Assembly: GCA_963778655.1 (NCBI GenBank)
Contig: CAVZVA010000001.1
Coordinates: 25,016 to 89,015, forward strand
Length of the DNA: 64,000 nt
Direction: 5' to 3'
Source: an uncultured delta proteobacterium
Lineage (GTDB): Bacteria; Myxococcota_A; Polyangia; Polyangiales; JAFGIB01
Position 1 is the first letter of the stretch. Every line of letters begins with the position of its first letter. A program made the position numbers and the translations under genes. The notes under the pieces are model-generated. The model did no database searches, had not been told where the DNA came from, and saw only the letters and a program-made list of their open reading frames with translations. Shown here in pieces: positions 1 to 10,825 of the stretch.

Positions 1-198
1 CGGCGCAAGGACGGCGTCGAGGCCCTGCGTTGGGCGCGCCGCTTGATCTCGCGACAACCCCACTTCGGCGTCAATCAGCTCTTGCTGGGCGATGCGCTGG
101 CGCTCAACGGAGACCGCGCAGGCGCTGACAAGGCCTGGCACAAGGCGGTGCGCTACGGATGCGTGACCGCCCGAAAGCGACTGGCCAAGCGACGCTGA
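1..198 (+). CDS. 3' end of a TPR-like protein (partial, runs off the window start)
   Basis: Frame 1 is open from base 1 to TGA 196-198: RRKDGVEALRWARRLISRQPHFGVNQLLLGDALALNGDRAGADKAWHKAV, a TPR-like helix pattern (LGDAL..G...A...W..A). Confidence 0.55.
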   Translation, partial: RRKDGVEALRWARRLISRQPHFGVNQLLLGDALALNGDRAGADKAWHKAVRYGCVTARKRLAKRR

Positions 199-526
199 TG
201 AGCACGCCTCGTTCAGCCAGAAATCGCGCAGCGCGCGCGGTTGTTCGCGGCTGTTCGCGGTCCGTGCACAGGCGATCGATGCCCGGCTCGCGCCCACACT
301 GCACGGCCTGGCAGGCGAAGCGCCGCGCCAACACCACATCCAACTCCAAATCGATGAGCGGGCGAAACATTGCCTCACTCGCGGCCGCGGCCGTAGCCAC
401 AGTAGCTGGGATGAACCCCGCTTCTGCGAGCTCGCACGCGCGCCTTCCTTCTTCACTTGAGCTGACGCCGACTCGACTAGGGCAGTGGCCGGACAAAGGT
501 CAACTCGCCACGCCAAAGTGGGATAC

Positions 527-2801
527 ATGATGCCAGCGAATTCCATACGTCTGTTTCCGCGCTCTCGGTCGTCGTAATCGTGTCGGCGGCCTGCAGCGGA
601 GGCGGCGGAAGCAGCGGCACATCCAAGTCCGGCAAGACTACGCCCGCAGCCGATTCTGGACAGGCCGCGGCCAGCCCCGCCGGCAGCCCCGCCGACGCCG
701 GGACCAGTGACGCCCGCGACGCCGCAGCGGACACCGGCACGGGGAACACGGCGGCGGGCAACGCCAAGTGCGGCAACGCCAAGCTGGAGGACGGCGAGGC
801 GTGCGACGACGGCAACAAGCGCAACGGCGACGGCTGCGACGACCATTGTCAGGTCTAGGCCTCTTACCACTGCGTGGTGGCGGGCGCCCCATGCGAGCAG
901 TGCGGAAACGGCATCGTGGAAAGCTCCGAGATGTGCGACGACGGCACGTTGCTCGGGCGAGCCCAGCGCCTGCCAGCCGAGCTTCGAGTTCGTCTCGATC
1001 CGGCGCTTCAACATCAGTCAGGTCAGCCCCGCGGCGTTGAACTACGAGCCGGACCGGCGCGCCTTCGCCGGGCACAAATCCCAGAGCTCCAAGCTCCCGA
1101 TCGAGCTGTGTCTGGACGGCACGATTCTCGACCCCAACGACACCGCGACCTACCCCTACGGGTCGATCACCGCGCCCGACGGCACCACCTCGGCGCTGCC
1201 GATCGCGTGCCAGACCGATCCGACCGCAGACCCCTGCTACGACCTGCCGGCTCGACCGGTCACCAGCGGTACCCTGGTCGGCTCGACCTACGACCCTTCA
1301 CCGATCACTACGTCTTCGTCAGCGTGCTCGGGGGCACGACCACACTGACCGAGGTAGCGCGCGACTTCGACCCCGCGACTCAGACCCTCGCCGACTTCCA
1401 GGTCAACCTCTCGGGCGTGGCGGCGGCGGCGGACCTCACCATCGGCGAGGACGGCGACCTCTACCTGGTCGACAGCGCGCTGGAGGTCGTGGACGTGTTC
1501 CCACGGCGGCGTGACGGCAACCTCGACATCGTGATCCCGGATTGCGCCACCACGCCGGAGGCCAACTGCACCTCTTTCGCATCCACCCTCGACATCACGC
1601 GCGGGTGGAGCGCCAGCGCAAGCGACGCCCTCAACGGCCTGTTCACCGTGCCGGGCGAGAACCTGGTCGGCGTCTTCGACGCCTTCACCGGGGCGACGAG
1701 CTACTCGGGGCAGGACCTGGTCGGCGGCACGACGTTCAACAGCTCCGAGTATTTCACCTTCTACGATCCCTCGCTGGCGTCGCGACCGCCGCTATTCGGG
1801 CACTCCGCGCTCCCGGGCTTGCTGTTCTCGCTCGGTACCAGCGGAACGAGCTACCAGAAGTACTCCAAATCTGCCGAGACCGCGGCCGACGGCGGCTCGT
1901 TCATCGTGTGCCCGGAGAACCCGAGCGAGGATTGCCAGCTGTTCGCGCGCACCTGCTCGACGACCGCCGAGTGCAGCGCGGTGGTGCCGGGCACGCAGTG
2001 CAACACCACTGCTGCGGTGCCCTACTGCAGTCAGCCCGGGGCGGCGCGCGACGACGCCTTCACCGTGGATCGCGCGGGCGGCAGCCAGCCGGCGGCGGTG
2101 CCGCTCGACGTGCTGGCCAACGACAGCCTGTGCGAGTCGGCGTGCCTGAGCCCGCACATGAACATCCTGAGCGTCTGCGGCGACGGCACGACCGAGGCCT
2201 ACCAGAGCGCCAATCCCGACAACTGTCCCGACGACAGCCCGCCGCGCGGGACGCCTGCGCTGACCGGCGGCAGCGTCACCTACACCCCGCCGAGGGACGG
2301 AAGCTGTGGCTTCGCGGACACGTTCTACTACACCGTGGATCTGGGCGGCGGCGTGATCGGCACCGCGCGCGTTCGGGTGGTCGTGGCCTGCGTGTGCGGC
2401 GACGGCATCGTCGACAGCAACGAGCAGTGCGACGAAGGCTCCAACAACGCGCCTGCGGGCAGCCTGCTCAGCGACAACGGAACTCCCAGTGACCCGACTG
2501 ACGACGTGTATGCGCGCTGCGGCACCGACTGCCGCTTCAACGTGTTCTGCGGCGACGGCTACATCGTCTTCCCCGAAGAGTGCGACGATCGCAACGCCGT
2601 CAGCGGCGACGGCTGCAGCGAGCTCTGCACGCTCGAAAGCGTGAGTGCGACGACGGAAACACCGTCGCCGGGGACGGCTGCGACGCGGGGTGCCAGCTCG
2701 AATGCGGCAACGGGGCGCTGGACCCGGGCGAGAGCTGCGACGACGGCAACCGGATCTCTGGAGACGGCTGCAGCTCGACCTGCCAGATGGAGGTCAAATG
2801 A
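527..2801 (+). pseudogene. Disrupted Myxococcus Cys-rich repeat (DUF4215-type) lipoprotein with an Ig-like (Big_9/cadherin-like) module
   Basis: Multiple CGNG..E..E.CDDGN...GDGC...C repeats, a lipobox-like VVVIVSAAC, and Ig-like ARDDAFTV...LDVLAND...VTYTP...DTFYYTV. Coding is split by a probable frameshift at ~557, in-frame TAG 856-858 and frameshifts at ~946, ~1296 and ~2642. Confidence 0.75.
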
Positions 2802-2872
2802 CGCCGCCGCACGCCGGAGTTGGCCGGCGCGCGCGGCGGGTGTAGGGTGGCGGCCCGGGAAGGAGGGCTGCG

Positions 2873-3955
2873 ATGCAGCTTGCCTGGGCGCGGATCGTGG
2901 GCCCGATCGCGGTGGCGGCTTTGGCGCTGGCGGTCGGATGCCCGAGCGGCGGGAACGGCGGCAAGATGGACGGCGGCGCCCTGGGCGACGGGCAGACGCC
3001 CTCGGGTCAAGGCGGCTCGGGCGGGCAGAGCGGGCCGGTGGTGTGGGTGGGCTCGCACTTCACGCGCTCGGTGCGTGGCATCGACACCGGCAGCGGCGAG
3101 ACGCTGGCGATGATCGATCTGCCGGCGGACCCCAACGACCTGGTGATCGCGGCGGGCAAGGTGTGGGTGGGCACCGACGACGGCGACCTGTTGGCGATCG
3201 ACCCCCAGAGCGGCGAGGCCGGCGATCCGTTGCACATCGGAGGGCCGATCGAGCACATCGCCGCCGGCGGCGGCCGGCTGTTCGTAGCGCACTTCGGCGG
3301 AGGCGACAGCGGCCTGCCGCCGCAAGTCGTGGAGGTGGATCCGGCGAAGGTCACGGAGCTCAACCGCTTCGCGGTGGTCGACATCAACGAGAGCCACGAC
3401 GGCTTGATCCTCGACGGCAGCACGCTGTACGTGCTGGTCGGCAATGGCTTCGCGCTCGAGCGCGTCGACCCCGACAGCGGCGCGGTGATGGACAGCGTGG
3501 CGCTGGGGGAGAACCCCGACGATCCGAGCGGCCCCCGCGGCGACTTCTATGGCTACGGCCAGATGATCCTGGTCGGCGGGACGATGTGGGTGTTGGACGA
3601 GTACAAGAACAAGGTGCTGGGGGTCGACGCCACCTCCCTGGCGGTGGGTCCGATCCTGGACGCCACCAGTTGGCTCGACAACGGGGGCGCGGACTATCTC
3701 GCGTCCGACGGCAAGGACGTGTTCGTCTCGCTCAAGGACGCCAACAGCATCGTGCGGCTCGACGGCAAGACCGGCGAGGTCAAGGACACCTACGACTACG
3801 AGGACGGCGCCGGCGTGATCGCCTTCAAGGACGGTCTGCTCTACATGGACGGCGACGAAAGCTTCGGCGACCTGCTGCTGATCGACCCGAGCGACGGCAA
3901 GCTGCAGCGCAAGGTGCCAGGCGTGTACGCGGACAACGAGCTGGTGGTGCAGTAG
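2873..3955 (+). CDS. Lipoprotein with beta-propeller (YncE/PQQ-like repeats)
   Basis: Signal peptide ending LAVGC, Gly-rich linker, repeated VWV...DP.SG blade motifs; RBS GGAGG upstream. Confidence 0.7.
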   Translation: MQLAWARIVGPIAVAALALAVGCPSGGNGGKMDGGALGDGQTPSGQGGSGGQSGPVVWVGSHFTRSVRGIDTGSGETLAMIDLPADPNDLVIAAGKVWVGTDDGDLLAIDPQSGEAGDPLHIGGPIEHIAAGGGRLFVAHFGGGDSGLPPQVVEVDPAKVTELNRFAVVDINESHDGLILDGSTLYVLVGNGFALERVDPDSGAVMDSVALGENPDDPSGPRGDFYGYGQMILVGGTMWVLDEYKNKVLGVDATSLAVGPILDATSWLDNGGADYLASDGKDVFVSLKDANSIVRLDGKTGEVKDTYDYEDGAGVIAFKDGLLYMDGDESFGDLLLIDPSDGKLQRKVPGVYADNELVVQ

Positions 3956-3971
3956 CGGCGCGCTCGCGCGC

Positions 3972-5114
3972 TCAGCGGGCGCGCGCGGCGCGGGCCTCGG
4001 CGGCGTAGGCCTCGAGCGCCTCGCCCACCTTCCAGTCCTCGGTCGCCGCCCCGACGCGCCCGACCAGGCAGGCGCGCCAGTCCTCGCCCTCGGCCTCGGC
4101 CATTGCGGTCAGGATGTTCACGTCGGTCTGCAGCACCGCCACCACGTTGATGTAGAAGTTCCACACGTGAGCGAGCGCGATCTGAAACCACAACCGATCT
4201 TTGTCGAAGCCGGTGACGCCGTGGCTGCACAGCGCGGCGTAATAGGCGTCCACCAGCGCGCGCTCGTGCGCTCGGCGATCCTCCACCGACAGCCCGGTCA
4301 CCAGCAGGCGCGCCACGTCGAACGCGCCGACGTTGTGGTTCGGCTGCTGCCAATCGAACAGCGCGAAGCGCGGCACCGCCTCGGTGGGAAAGAACATCTG
4401 TTTGGGATGCGCATCGGTGTGCGCCAGGGTCAGCGGATCGGGATTGTAGCCGACCAGGTCGTCCCAGACCCGCAGCCAGGTGTCCATCGCCCCAAGCGCC
4501 CGCGGCGAGAGCTGATCGCCGAGCTGGGCGCGCGCCGCGGCCAACAGCTGCGACGCGATGCTCTTGAGCATGGCGTTCCAGTCGGGCTGGTCGAACTTGC
4601 GGACGAATGGCAGCTCCGCCAGCTGCGGGTCGTTCCAGAACTCGGCGTGGATGCGGGCCAGCTGCCTCAGACCGAGCTCGACGTCGGCGACGCTGCTGCG
4701 AAACAGCGAGCCGGTCCGCGCGCCTGACAGATCCTCGAGCAATAGGATGAAGTCGCCGCTCTCGGGATCGATCTCCGCTGCATAGGCTTTGGGCACGGGT
4801 AGATCGCGGCTGCGCGCCAGCACCTGATAGAAGCGCACTTCCATCAGGTACGAGTCGTATTGGCGCGCGACCTCGCGGGCCGCCGGAAAGCTCGCGGGAA
4901 GCTTCGCCACCAGCGAGCGCGGCGCCCCCGCCGCCTCGCCTTCGTAGTCGAGCGAGATCCTGGCTAGATCCGCGGTCTGTCCCGGCTCGGCCACGGCCTC
5001 TAGACGGAAACCGCGCACCCTACCCTGGCCCAGCGCGCCAGCTTCCCGCAGCACCGCGGTGAGCCAATTTGCGTCGATCTGATCGGCGCGCGTGGGAAAC
5101 GTAGCTGCCGACAT
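3972..5114 (-). CDS. Phosphotransferase of the ecdysteroid kinase/APH/choline kinase-like family
   Basis: Motifs VAKLP, EVRFY, LLLEDL, LAHTDAHPKQMFF, LFDWQ, GAFDVA; RBS GGAGG. Confidence 0.8.
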   Translation of the reverse strand: MSAATFPTRADQIDANWLTAVLREAGALGQGRVRGFRLEAVAEPGQTADLARISLDYEGEAAGAPRSLVAKLPASFPAAREVARQYDSYLMEVRFYQVLARSRDLPVPKAYAAEIDPESGDFILLLEDLSGARTGSLFRSSVADVELGLRQLARIHAEFWNDPQLAELPFVRKFDQPDWNAMLKSIASQLLAAARAQLGDQLSPRALGAMDTWLRVWDDLVGYNPDPLTLAHTDAHPKQMFFPTEAVPRFALFDWQQPNHNVGAFDVARLLVTGLSVEDRRAHERALVDAYYAALCSHGVTGFDKDRLWFQIALAHVWNFYINVVAVLQTDVNILTAMAEAEGEDWRACLVGRVGAATEDWKVGEALEAYAAEARAARAR

Positions 5115-5198
5115 CCTACCTCCGATTCCCTCTACCCGGGGACAACCCGGATCTAACGCGAATCGGAGGCCGCGTCACCGGCCTGCCTAAGCGCAGGG

Positions 5199-5253
5199 AG
5201 CCCCCCAAGGCCGGGGCTTTGTTTACCGAAGGGGAGGGGCGCGTGCCCCTCCC
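5199..5253 (-). terminator. Two GC hairpins downstream of dnaK (possible terminator or stabiliser)
   Basis: GGGAGGGGC-GCGT-GCCCCTCCC (5232-5253) and AGCCCC...GGGGCT (5199-5218); no strong U-tract on the minus strand. Confidence 0.4.
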
Positions 5254-5259
5254 GTTGTT

Positions 5260-7170
5260 CTAATTGTCCTCGAACTCGGCGTCGATGACGTCGTCCTGGT
5301 TCTTCTTGTCGGAGGCGGCGGGACCCGCCTGGCCAGCGGGGCCGCCATCCTCGGGCGTGCCGGGCTGTCCGGCTGTGGCGTAGGCCTGCTGGGCGATCTC
5401 GGCCATCAGCTTTTCCAGCTTCTCGCTGCCGCGCGCGATGGCTTCGTGCTCCTGCTTGTCGATCGCCGCGCGCAGCTCCGTGACCACCCCGCGCGCCTCG
5501 GCCACCTTGTCGGCCGGCAGCTTGTCCTTGCCTTCCTCCAGCGCCTTCTCCACCTGGTAGCACAACTGGTCGGCCCGGTTGCGCTGCTCGATCTGCTCGC
5601 GCCGCTGTTTGTCCTCGGCCTCGTGCTGCTTGCCTTCCTCGACCATCTTGTCGACCTCGTTGTCGGACAAGCCGCTGTTGGCCGTGATCGTGATCTTCTG
5701 GTCCTTGCCCGTGGCCTCGTCGCGCGCCGTCACCGACAGGATCCCGTTGGCGTCGATGTCGAAGGTCACCTTCACCTTGGGCACCCCTCGCGGCGCCGGC
5801 AGGATGCCCTCCAGGTGGAAGCGCCCCAGCGTACGGTTGCTGCGCGCCTCGGCGCGCTCACCCTGCAGCACGTGGATCTCCACCTTCGTCTGCCCGTCCT
5901 CGGCCGTCGAGAAGGTCTCCTCGCGCCGCGTCGGGATGGTGGTGTTGCGCGGGATCAGCGCCGTCATCACCCCGCCCAGCGTCTCGACCCCCAGCGACAG
6001 CGGCGTCACGTCCAGCAGCACCATGTCCTTGACGTCGCCCGACAGCACCCCGGCCTGCACCGCCGCTCCGATCGCCACCACCTCGTCGGGGTTGACGCCC
6101 TTGTGCGGTTCCTTGCCGAAGAACTTCTTGACCGACTCCTGCACCATCGGGATGCGCGTGCTGCCCCCGACCAGCACCACCTCGTCGATCTCCCCAGGCC
6201 GCTTGTTGGCGTCCGCCAGTGCCTTCTTGGTCGGCTCCAGCGTGCGCTGCACCAAGTCCTCGATCATCTGTTCCAGCTTCGCCCGCGTCAGCTTCAGGTT
6301 CAGGTGCTTGGGTCCCGACGCGTCCGCGGTCAGAAACGGCAGGTTGATCGTCGTCTCCAGCTTGCTCGAGAGCTCGATCTTCGCCTTCTCCGCCGCGTCC
6401 TTGAGCCGCTGGACCACCATCTTGTCGCTGCGGACGTCGATCCCCTGGTCCTTCTTGAACTCCGCTACCAGGTAGTCGATCACCCGGTTGTCCACGTCGT
6501 CGCCTCCCAGCGAGGTGTCGCCGTTGGTGCTGATCACCTGCACCACGTTGTCGCTCACCTCCAGGATCGAGATGTCGAACGTGCCGCCCCCGAAGTCGTA
6601 GACCGCGATCACCTCCTCGTTCTTCTTGTCCAACCCGTACGCCAGCGCCGCCGCCGTCGGCTCGTTCACGATGCGCTTGACCTCCAGCCCCGCGATCTTG
6701 CCCGCGTCCTTGGTCGCCTGCCGCTGGCTGTCGTTGAAGTACGCCGGGACCGTGATCACCGCCTCCGTGACCTCTTCCCCCAGGTAGTTCTCCGCCGCTC
6801 GCTTGAGCTTGCGCAGAACGTGTGCGCTCACTTCCGGCGGGCTCACCTGCTTGCCACGCACCTCGAACGCGCAGTCGCCGTTGTCTCGCCGAACCACCTT
6901 GAACGGCACCCGCTTGAAGTCGTCGGGCTGCACCTCGTCGTAGCGCCGTCCGATGAAGCGCTTGGCCGAGTAGATCGTGCCCTCCGGGTTCGTGATCGCC
7001 TGCCGCTTCGCGATCTGACCCGCCAGCACCTCCCCTTGCTCGTCCCACGCCACCACCGACGGCGTGATCCGGTCCCCCTCCTCGTTGACGATCACCTTGG
7101 GCTCCTTGCCCTCCATGATCGCCACCACCGAGTTCGTGGTCCCCAGGTCGATGCCGATGATCTTTCCCAT
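5260..7170 (-). CDS. dnaK: Chaperone DnaK (Hsp70)
   Basis: [59 protein letters not shown]-terminal [18 protein letters not shown]. Confidence 0.99.
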   Translation of the reverse strand: MGKIIGIDLGTTNSVVAIMEGKEPKVIVNEEGDRITPSVVAWDEQGEVLAGQIAKRQAITNPEGTIYSAKRFIGRRYDEVQPDDFKRVPFKVVRRDNGDCAFEVRGKQVSPPEVSAHVLRKLKRAAENYLGEEVTEAVITVPAYFNDSQRQATKDAGKIAGLEVKRIVNEPTAAALAYGLDKKNEEVIAVYDFGGGTFDISILEVSDNVVQVISTNGDTSLGGDDVDNRVIDYLVAEFKKDQGIDVRSDKMVVQRLKDAAEKAKIELSSKLETTINLPFLTADASGPKHLNLKLTRAKLEQMIEDLVQRTLEPTKKALADANKRPGEIDEVVLVGGSTRIPMVQESVKKFFGKEPHKGVNPDEVVAIGAAVQAGVLSGDVKDMVLLDVTPLSLGVETLGGVMTALIPRNTTIPTRREETFSTAEDGQTKVEIHVLQGERAEARSNRTLGRFHLEGILPAPRGVPKVKVTFDIDANGILSVTARDEATGKDQKITITANSGLSDNEVDKMVEEGKQHEAEDKQRREQIEQRNRADQLCYQVEKALEEGKDKLPADKVAEARGVVTELRAAIDKQEHEAIARGSEKLEKLMAEIAQQAYATAGQPGTPEDGGPAGQAGPAASDKKNQDDVIDAEFEDN

Positions 7171-7243
7171 GTCTGGCTAGCCTCCTCGGGCGGCGGTGGC
7201 CGCGCGGCACGTCGCACGCAGCCCAGGTGATAGTTTGCGGGCA

Positions 7244-7271
7244 ACATAAGCAGTCCGTTCAGCCCGTCAAG
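7244..7271 (-). promoter_or_regulatory. Putative dnaK promoter (RpoH-like CTTG-N17-CTTATGT; also readable as sigma70 TTGACG-N16-TATGTT)
   Basis: Minus strand CTTGACGGGCTGAACGGACTGCTTATGTT, about 75 bp upstream of the dnaK ATG. Confidence 0.5.
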
Positions 7272-7391
7272 CCCGTCCCAGGCCGCCATTTGCCGCTCCG
7301 CACCGTTCTCCAACCCCCGGAAAACACAGACAGTTGCCCCGCAAGCCCGGCGCGGCCCCGCCCGGGCCCCGTCCGGCCGGTCGTGGCCGGC

Positions 7392-8435
7392 TCAGCCGGT
7401 GACGCGCCCGATCGCGCCCGAGGCGATCCCGTTGCGCAGCTGGTCCAGATCCTCGGTGCGGCACAGCACGACCAGGGTCTGGCCGGCCTCGAGCACGAAG
7501 TCCGGGCCCGGATTGTAGCTGTAGGAACCGTCGGCCTGGCGCACGGCGAGCACCAGCACGCTGGTCTGGTGGCGGATGGTGGTGTCGCGCAGACGCGTAC
7601 CGAGCAGGGTCGAGCCAGCCGGGATCGGCACCTCTTCCACGCGCAGATCCTGGCTGCGCATGCGGTCGAGGAACTGCACCACGCTGGGCCGCACCAGCTC
7701 GCTCGCCAGTCGCATGCCGCCGATGAAGCTCGGCGAGACGGTAGAGTCGGCGCCCGCGCGCCGCAGCTTGGTCTCGGCGCTGTCTTCGGTCACCTTGGCG
7801 ACGATGCGCAGGTTGGGGTTGAGCGCGCGCGCGGTGATCGACACAAACACGTTGTCCTTGTCGTCGCGCAAAGTGGCCGCCAGACCCTTGGCGCGGCCGA
7901 CCCCGGCCTGCTCGAGCACGCTGTCTACAGTGGCATCGCCGTCGACGTAGAGCATGGCCGGGCCGAGCTGCTCGGCCACGGCCTGCAGTCGCTCGCGATT
8001 GGTGTCGATCACGACGAAGGGCGCCTTGCTGGCCAACAGCTCGGCCACCACGTGGATGCCCGTGGCGCCCACCCCGACGACGATGAAATGGCCCTTGAGC
8101 TGATCGATTGCCTTCTGCATGCGTCTTCTCCGCAATACGCCCTGGATGTCACCCTCGACGATGAACGCCGTGAGGCTGGAGACGAAGAACAGCAGTGTGC
8201 CGCTGCCGAGCAGGATCAACGTCAGGGTCCAGCCGCGCGCGCCGGGCACCGCGCCCATGTCCGGCAGCACCTCGCCGAAGCCCACGGTCGAGAGCGTAAT
8301 GATGGTCATGTAGAGGCAGTCGCCCCAGCCCCAGCGCCCCGCGCCCAGCACGTGATAGCCGCCGGCGCCCACCGCCGCGACCAGCAACAGGGAAATCCCG
8401 GCCGCCGCCAGCTGGCGACCGATCTCGGCCCGCAT
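7392..8435 (-). CDS. Potassium channel protein (2TM pore + TrkA-N/RCK + TrkA-C)
   Basis: Selectivity filter TLSTVGFGE, Rossmann motif VVGVGATG, GDAT, TrkA-C motif NPGPDFVLEAGQTLVV; start set at MRAEIG. Confidence 0.9.
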   Translation of the reverse strand: MRAEIGRQLAAAGISLLLVAAVGAGGYHVLGAGRWGWGDCLYMTIITLSTVGFGEVLPDMGAVPGARGWTLTLILLGSGTLLFFVSSLTAFIVEGDIQGVLRRRRMQKAIDQLKGHFIVVGVGATGIHVVAELLASKAPFVVIDTNRERLQAVAEQLGPAMLYVDGDATVDSVLEQAGVGRAKGLAATLRDDKDNVFVSITARALNPNLRIVAKVTEDSAETKLRRAGADSTVSPSFIGGMRLASELVRPSVVQFLDRMRSQDLRVEEVPIPAGSTLLGTRLRDTTIRHQTSVLVLAVRQADGSYSYNPGPDFVLEAGQTLVVLCRTEDLDQLRNGIASGAIGRVTG

Positions 8436-8544
8436 CCCTACTTTCGTCACGCGGCGTATGGCACGTTGGAGCGCGCGCGATGTCAATGGGCGTCGGATTG
8501 GCGGTTGACCGCCGCGCCCGGGCCGGGCACACAGGGGCACCGCC

Positions 8545-10083
8545 GTGACCCGTACAGCCGAAACCAACAACGGTCCCGCCCACGGCGAGCGGCGCGCCGG
8601 CCGAGGCGTGCTCTCGATCACCTCGGCCAAGCTGTACTTCATTGTCACCGGCTATGCGGTGCAGCTGCTGCTGCCGCGCCTGCTCAAGACCCCGGAGGCG
8701 TTCGGCCTGTACTCCTCGGCCATGAACGTGGTGTCGATCCTGAACAACGTGCTGATCGCCGCCACCGTCCAGACCGTGAGCAAGCACGTCAGCGCCGACC
8801 TCGAGCATGCCGACGCGACCCTGCGCCAGGGGCTGCTGCTGCAAGCCGTCATCGGGACCCTGCTCGGCGGCTCGCTATGGGCGCTGGCGCCGGCGCTGGC
8901 GGGGCGCGTGCTGCTCGATCCGCTGCTGGCGCCGCTACTCGCCGCCGCCGCGGTAGTGGTGTTCTGCTACGCGTCCTATGCGGCGCTGATCGGCGCGCTC
9001 AATGGACGCCAGCGCTTCGCGCAGCAGGCCGCGCTCGACGCGACCTACACCACGCTGCGTTCGGGGCTGGTGCTGAGCGCGGCCGCGCTCGGCTTCGGTG
9101 CGCTCGGCGCGATCGTGGGCTTCGCCTCGGCCGCGGTCTGCGTGCTGCTGCTGGCGCTGTGGGTGGTCGGCACCGGGCGCAGCGGCTCGCGCGTGCCGTG
9201 GAAGCGCTGGCTGCTGTTCATGGCCCCGCTGTGGATCTACCAGCTGTGCCTGAACCTGACCATGCAGGTCGACCTGAGCGTGCTCAAGGGCAGCGTGGCC
9301 GCACTGAGCCTCGAGGCGGGCCAGCTCGCACAGGACGCCGCCGCCCTGGCCTCGCGCATGGCTGGCTTCTATCGCGCGGCGCAGACCTTCGCGTTCGTGC
9401 CCTACCAGCTCATCCTCTCAGTTACGTTCGTGGTGTTTCCGATGGTCTCGCAAGCGGTGAGCGAGGGCGACCACGCGGCCAGTCAGCGCTACATCCGCGG
9501 CTCGATGCGCTTCTCGCTGCTGGTGCTGCTGGCGGTGGCCGCGCCGATCAGCGGCGCGGCCAGCGGCGTGTTGCGGGTGGCCTACCCCGACGTGTACCTG
9601 GCCGGCTCGGAGGCGCTCGCGGTGTTGCCGCTGGGGATGGTGTGCTTCGCCCTGTTCGTGGTGGGCTCGACCATCGTCAGCGGCGCCGGGCGCCCGGGGC
9701 TGGCCGCCGTGATCGCGTTGATCACGGTGGTGCTGGTGGTGGGCTGCAACCTGGTGTTCATCCGCGCGGCCGGGGTCGGCGCGCACACCTTGCTGGCGGC
9801 GGCCTGCGGCACCACGCTGGGCGCCGTCTTCGCGTTGGTCGCCGTGGGTCTGGCGCTGCACGAGCGCTTCGGTGCCTTCATCGCACCGCGCACCGCCGTG
9901 CGCGCGCTGGCCGCGGCCGCTCTCGGCTGGACGGTCGCGCACCTGCTGCCCAGCCACAGCGCGTTGCTCGCGCTGCGCGCGCTGGTCGCCGGCGGCTTGA
10001 GCTACGTGCTGGCGCTGATCGTCACCCGCGAGCTGGGCAGCGCCGACTTCGCGCTGCTGCGCGGAATCGCACGCCGGGGCTAG
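8545..10083 (+). CDS. Oligosaccharide flippase / polysaccharide biosynthesis (MOP/Wzx-like) membrane protein
   Basis: About 12-14 hydrophobic helices; PEAFGLY, GFYRAAQTFAFVP, VVFPMVS. Confidence 0.8.
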   Translation: MTRTAETNNGPAHGERRAGRGVLSITSAKLYFIVTGYAVQLLLPRLLKTPEAFGLYSSAMNVVSILNNVLIAATVQTVSKHVSADLEHADATLRQGLLLQAVIGTLLGGSLWALAPALAGRVLLDPLLAPLLAAAAVVVFCYASYAALIGALNGRQRFAQQAALDATYTTLRSGLVLSAAALGFGALGAIVGFASAAVCVLLLALWVVGTGRSGSRVPWKRWLLFMAPLWIYQLCLNLTMQVDLSVLKGSVAALSLEAGQLAQDAAALASRMAGFYRAAQTFAFVPYQLILSVTFVVFPMVSQAVSEGDHAASQRYIRGSMRFSLLVLLAVAAPISGAASGVLRVAYPDVYLAGSEALAVLPLGMVCFALFVVGSTIVSGAGRPGLAAVIALITVVLVVGCNLVFIRAAGVGAHTLLAAACGTTLGAVFALVAVGLALHERFGAFIAPRTAVRALAAAALGWTVAHLLPSHSALLALRALVAGGLSYVLALIVTRELGSADFALLRGIARRG

Positions 10084-10322
10084 TCGCGAGCCTTCCGCTC
10101 AACCATTCATGGCGGGATGGCAAGACGGCAAGCATCGACGCGCGGTGGCCTTCCCGTCTTCCGGTTGAATCCCCTGTTGCCTGCGGCAAGGCAATTATGA
10201 GCGCGCGCTCGACCCCCAAGCTTGCGTAGCCGAGTGTTCGGCGCGCGCGGCGACCTGCTGCACGCGCGCATGCGCACATCGACGGCGCGCCGCGCCCGGA
10301 GTAGACCACGATACAGGGCGAG

Positions 10323-10787
10323 GTGAACGACGTGGCGAGACCGATGTCGCGCACGCAGCAACGCATGATGCGCGTGCTGGCCAAGCTGGCAGGCGGCTTT
10401 CACGTCTGGCTGTACCGCGCGAGCGACGGCCGGCTCGGCGGCTCGTTTCCCGGCGGCGCGCCGGTGCTGCTGCTGACCACGCGCGGGCGCAAGTCGGGCA
10501 AGCCGCGCACCTCGCCGCTGCTGTTCGTGCGCGACGGCGACAAGCTGGTGGTGGTCGCCTCCAAGGGCGGCGCGCCGAGCCATCCGGCCTGGTATCTGAA
10601 CCTGAGTGCCAATCCCGAGGTCGAGGCCCAGCTCGGCGGCGAGCGGCACAAGATGCTCGCACAGACCGCAAGCGCGGAGCAGAAGGCCAATTACTGGCCG
10701 CGCCTGCGCGCTGTCTATCCCGGCTACCGGGACTATCAGGACCGCACCAAGCGCGACATCCCGGTGGTGATCCTGCGCCCGGCGTGA
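10323..10787 (+). CDS. Deazaflavin (F420)-dependent nitroreductase family oxidoreductase (Ddn-like)
   Basis: LLLTTRGRKSGKPRTSPL, VASKGGAPSHPAWYLNL, YQDRTKRDIPV; start could instead be 10332 or 10344. Confidence 0.9.
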   Translation: MNDVARPMSRTQQRMMRVLAKLAGGFHVWLYRASDGRLGGSFPGGAPVLLLTTRGRKSGKPRTSPLLFVRDGDKLVVVASKGGAPSHPAWYLNLSANPEVEAQLGGERHKMLAQTASAEQKANYWPRLRAVYPGYRDYQDRTKRDIPVVILRPA

Positions 10788-10825
10788 GCTTGCAGGACGC
10801 TCGCGCAGAACGCGCGTAAGGCGGG

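Noticed and set aside
856..858. Amber read-through or pyrrolysine recoding
   Set aside because: The same gene has four other lesions, TAG is a normal stop elsewhere in the window, and no pyl genes are seen.
874..4008. 1044-aa ORF
   Set aside because: Chimeric: only 874-945 and ~1297-2642 are in the real frame, and the rest is an off-frame read through the 2873-3955 lipoprotein.
5446..7230. 594-aa ORF antisense to dnaK
   Set aside because: Typical shadow ORF of high-GC codon bias; no motifs.
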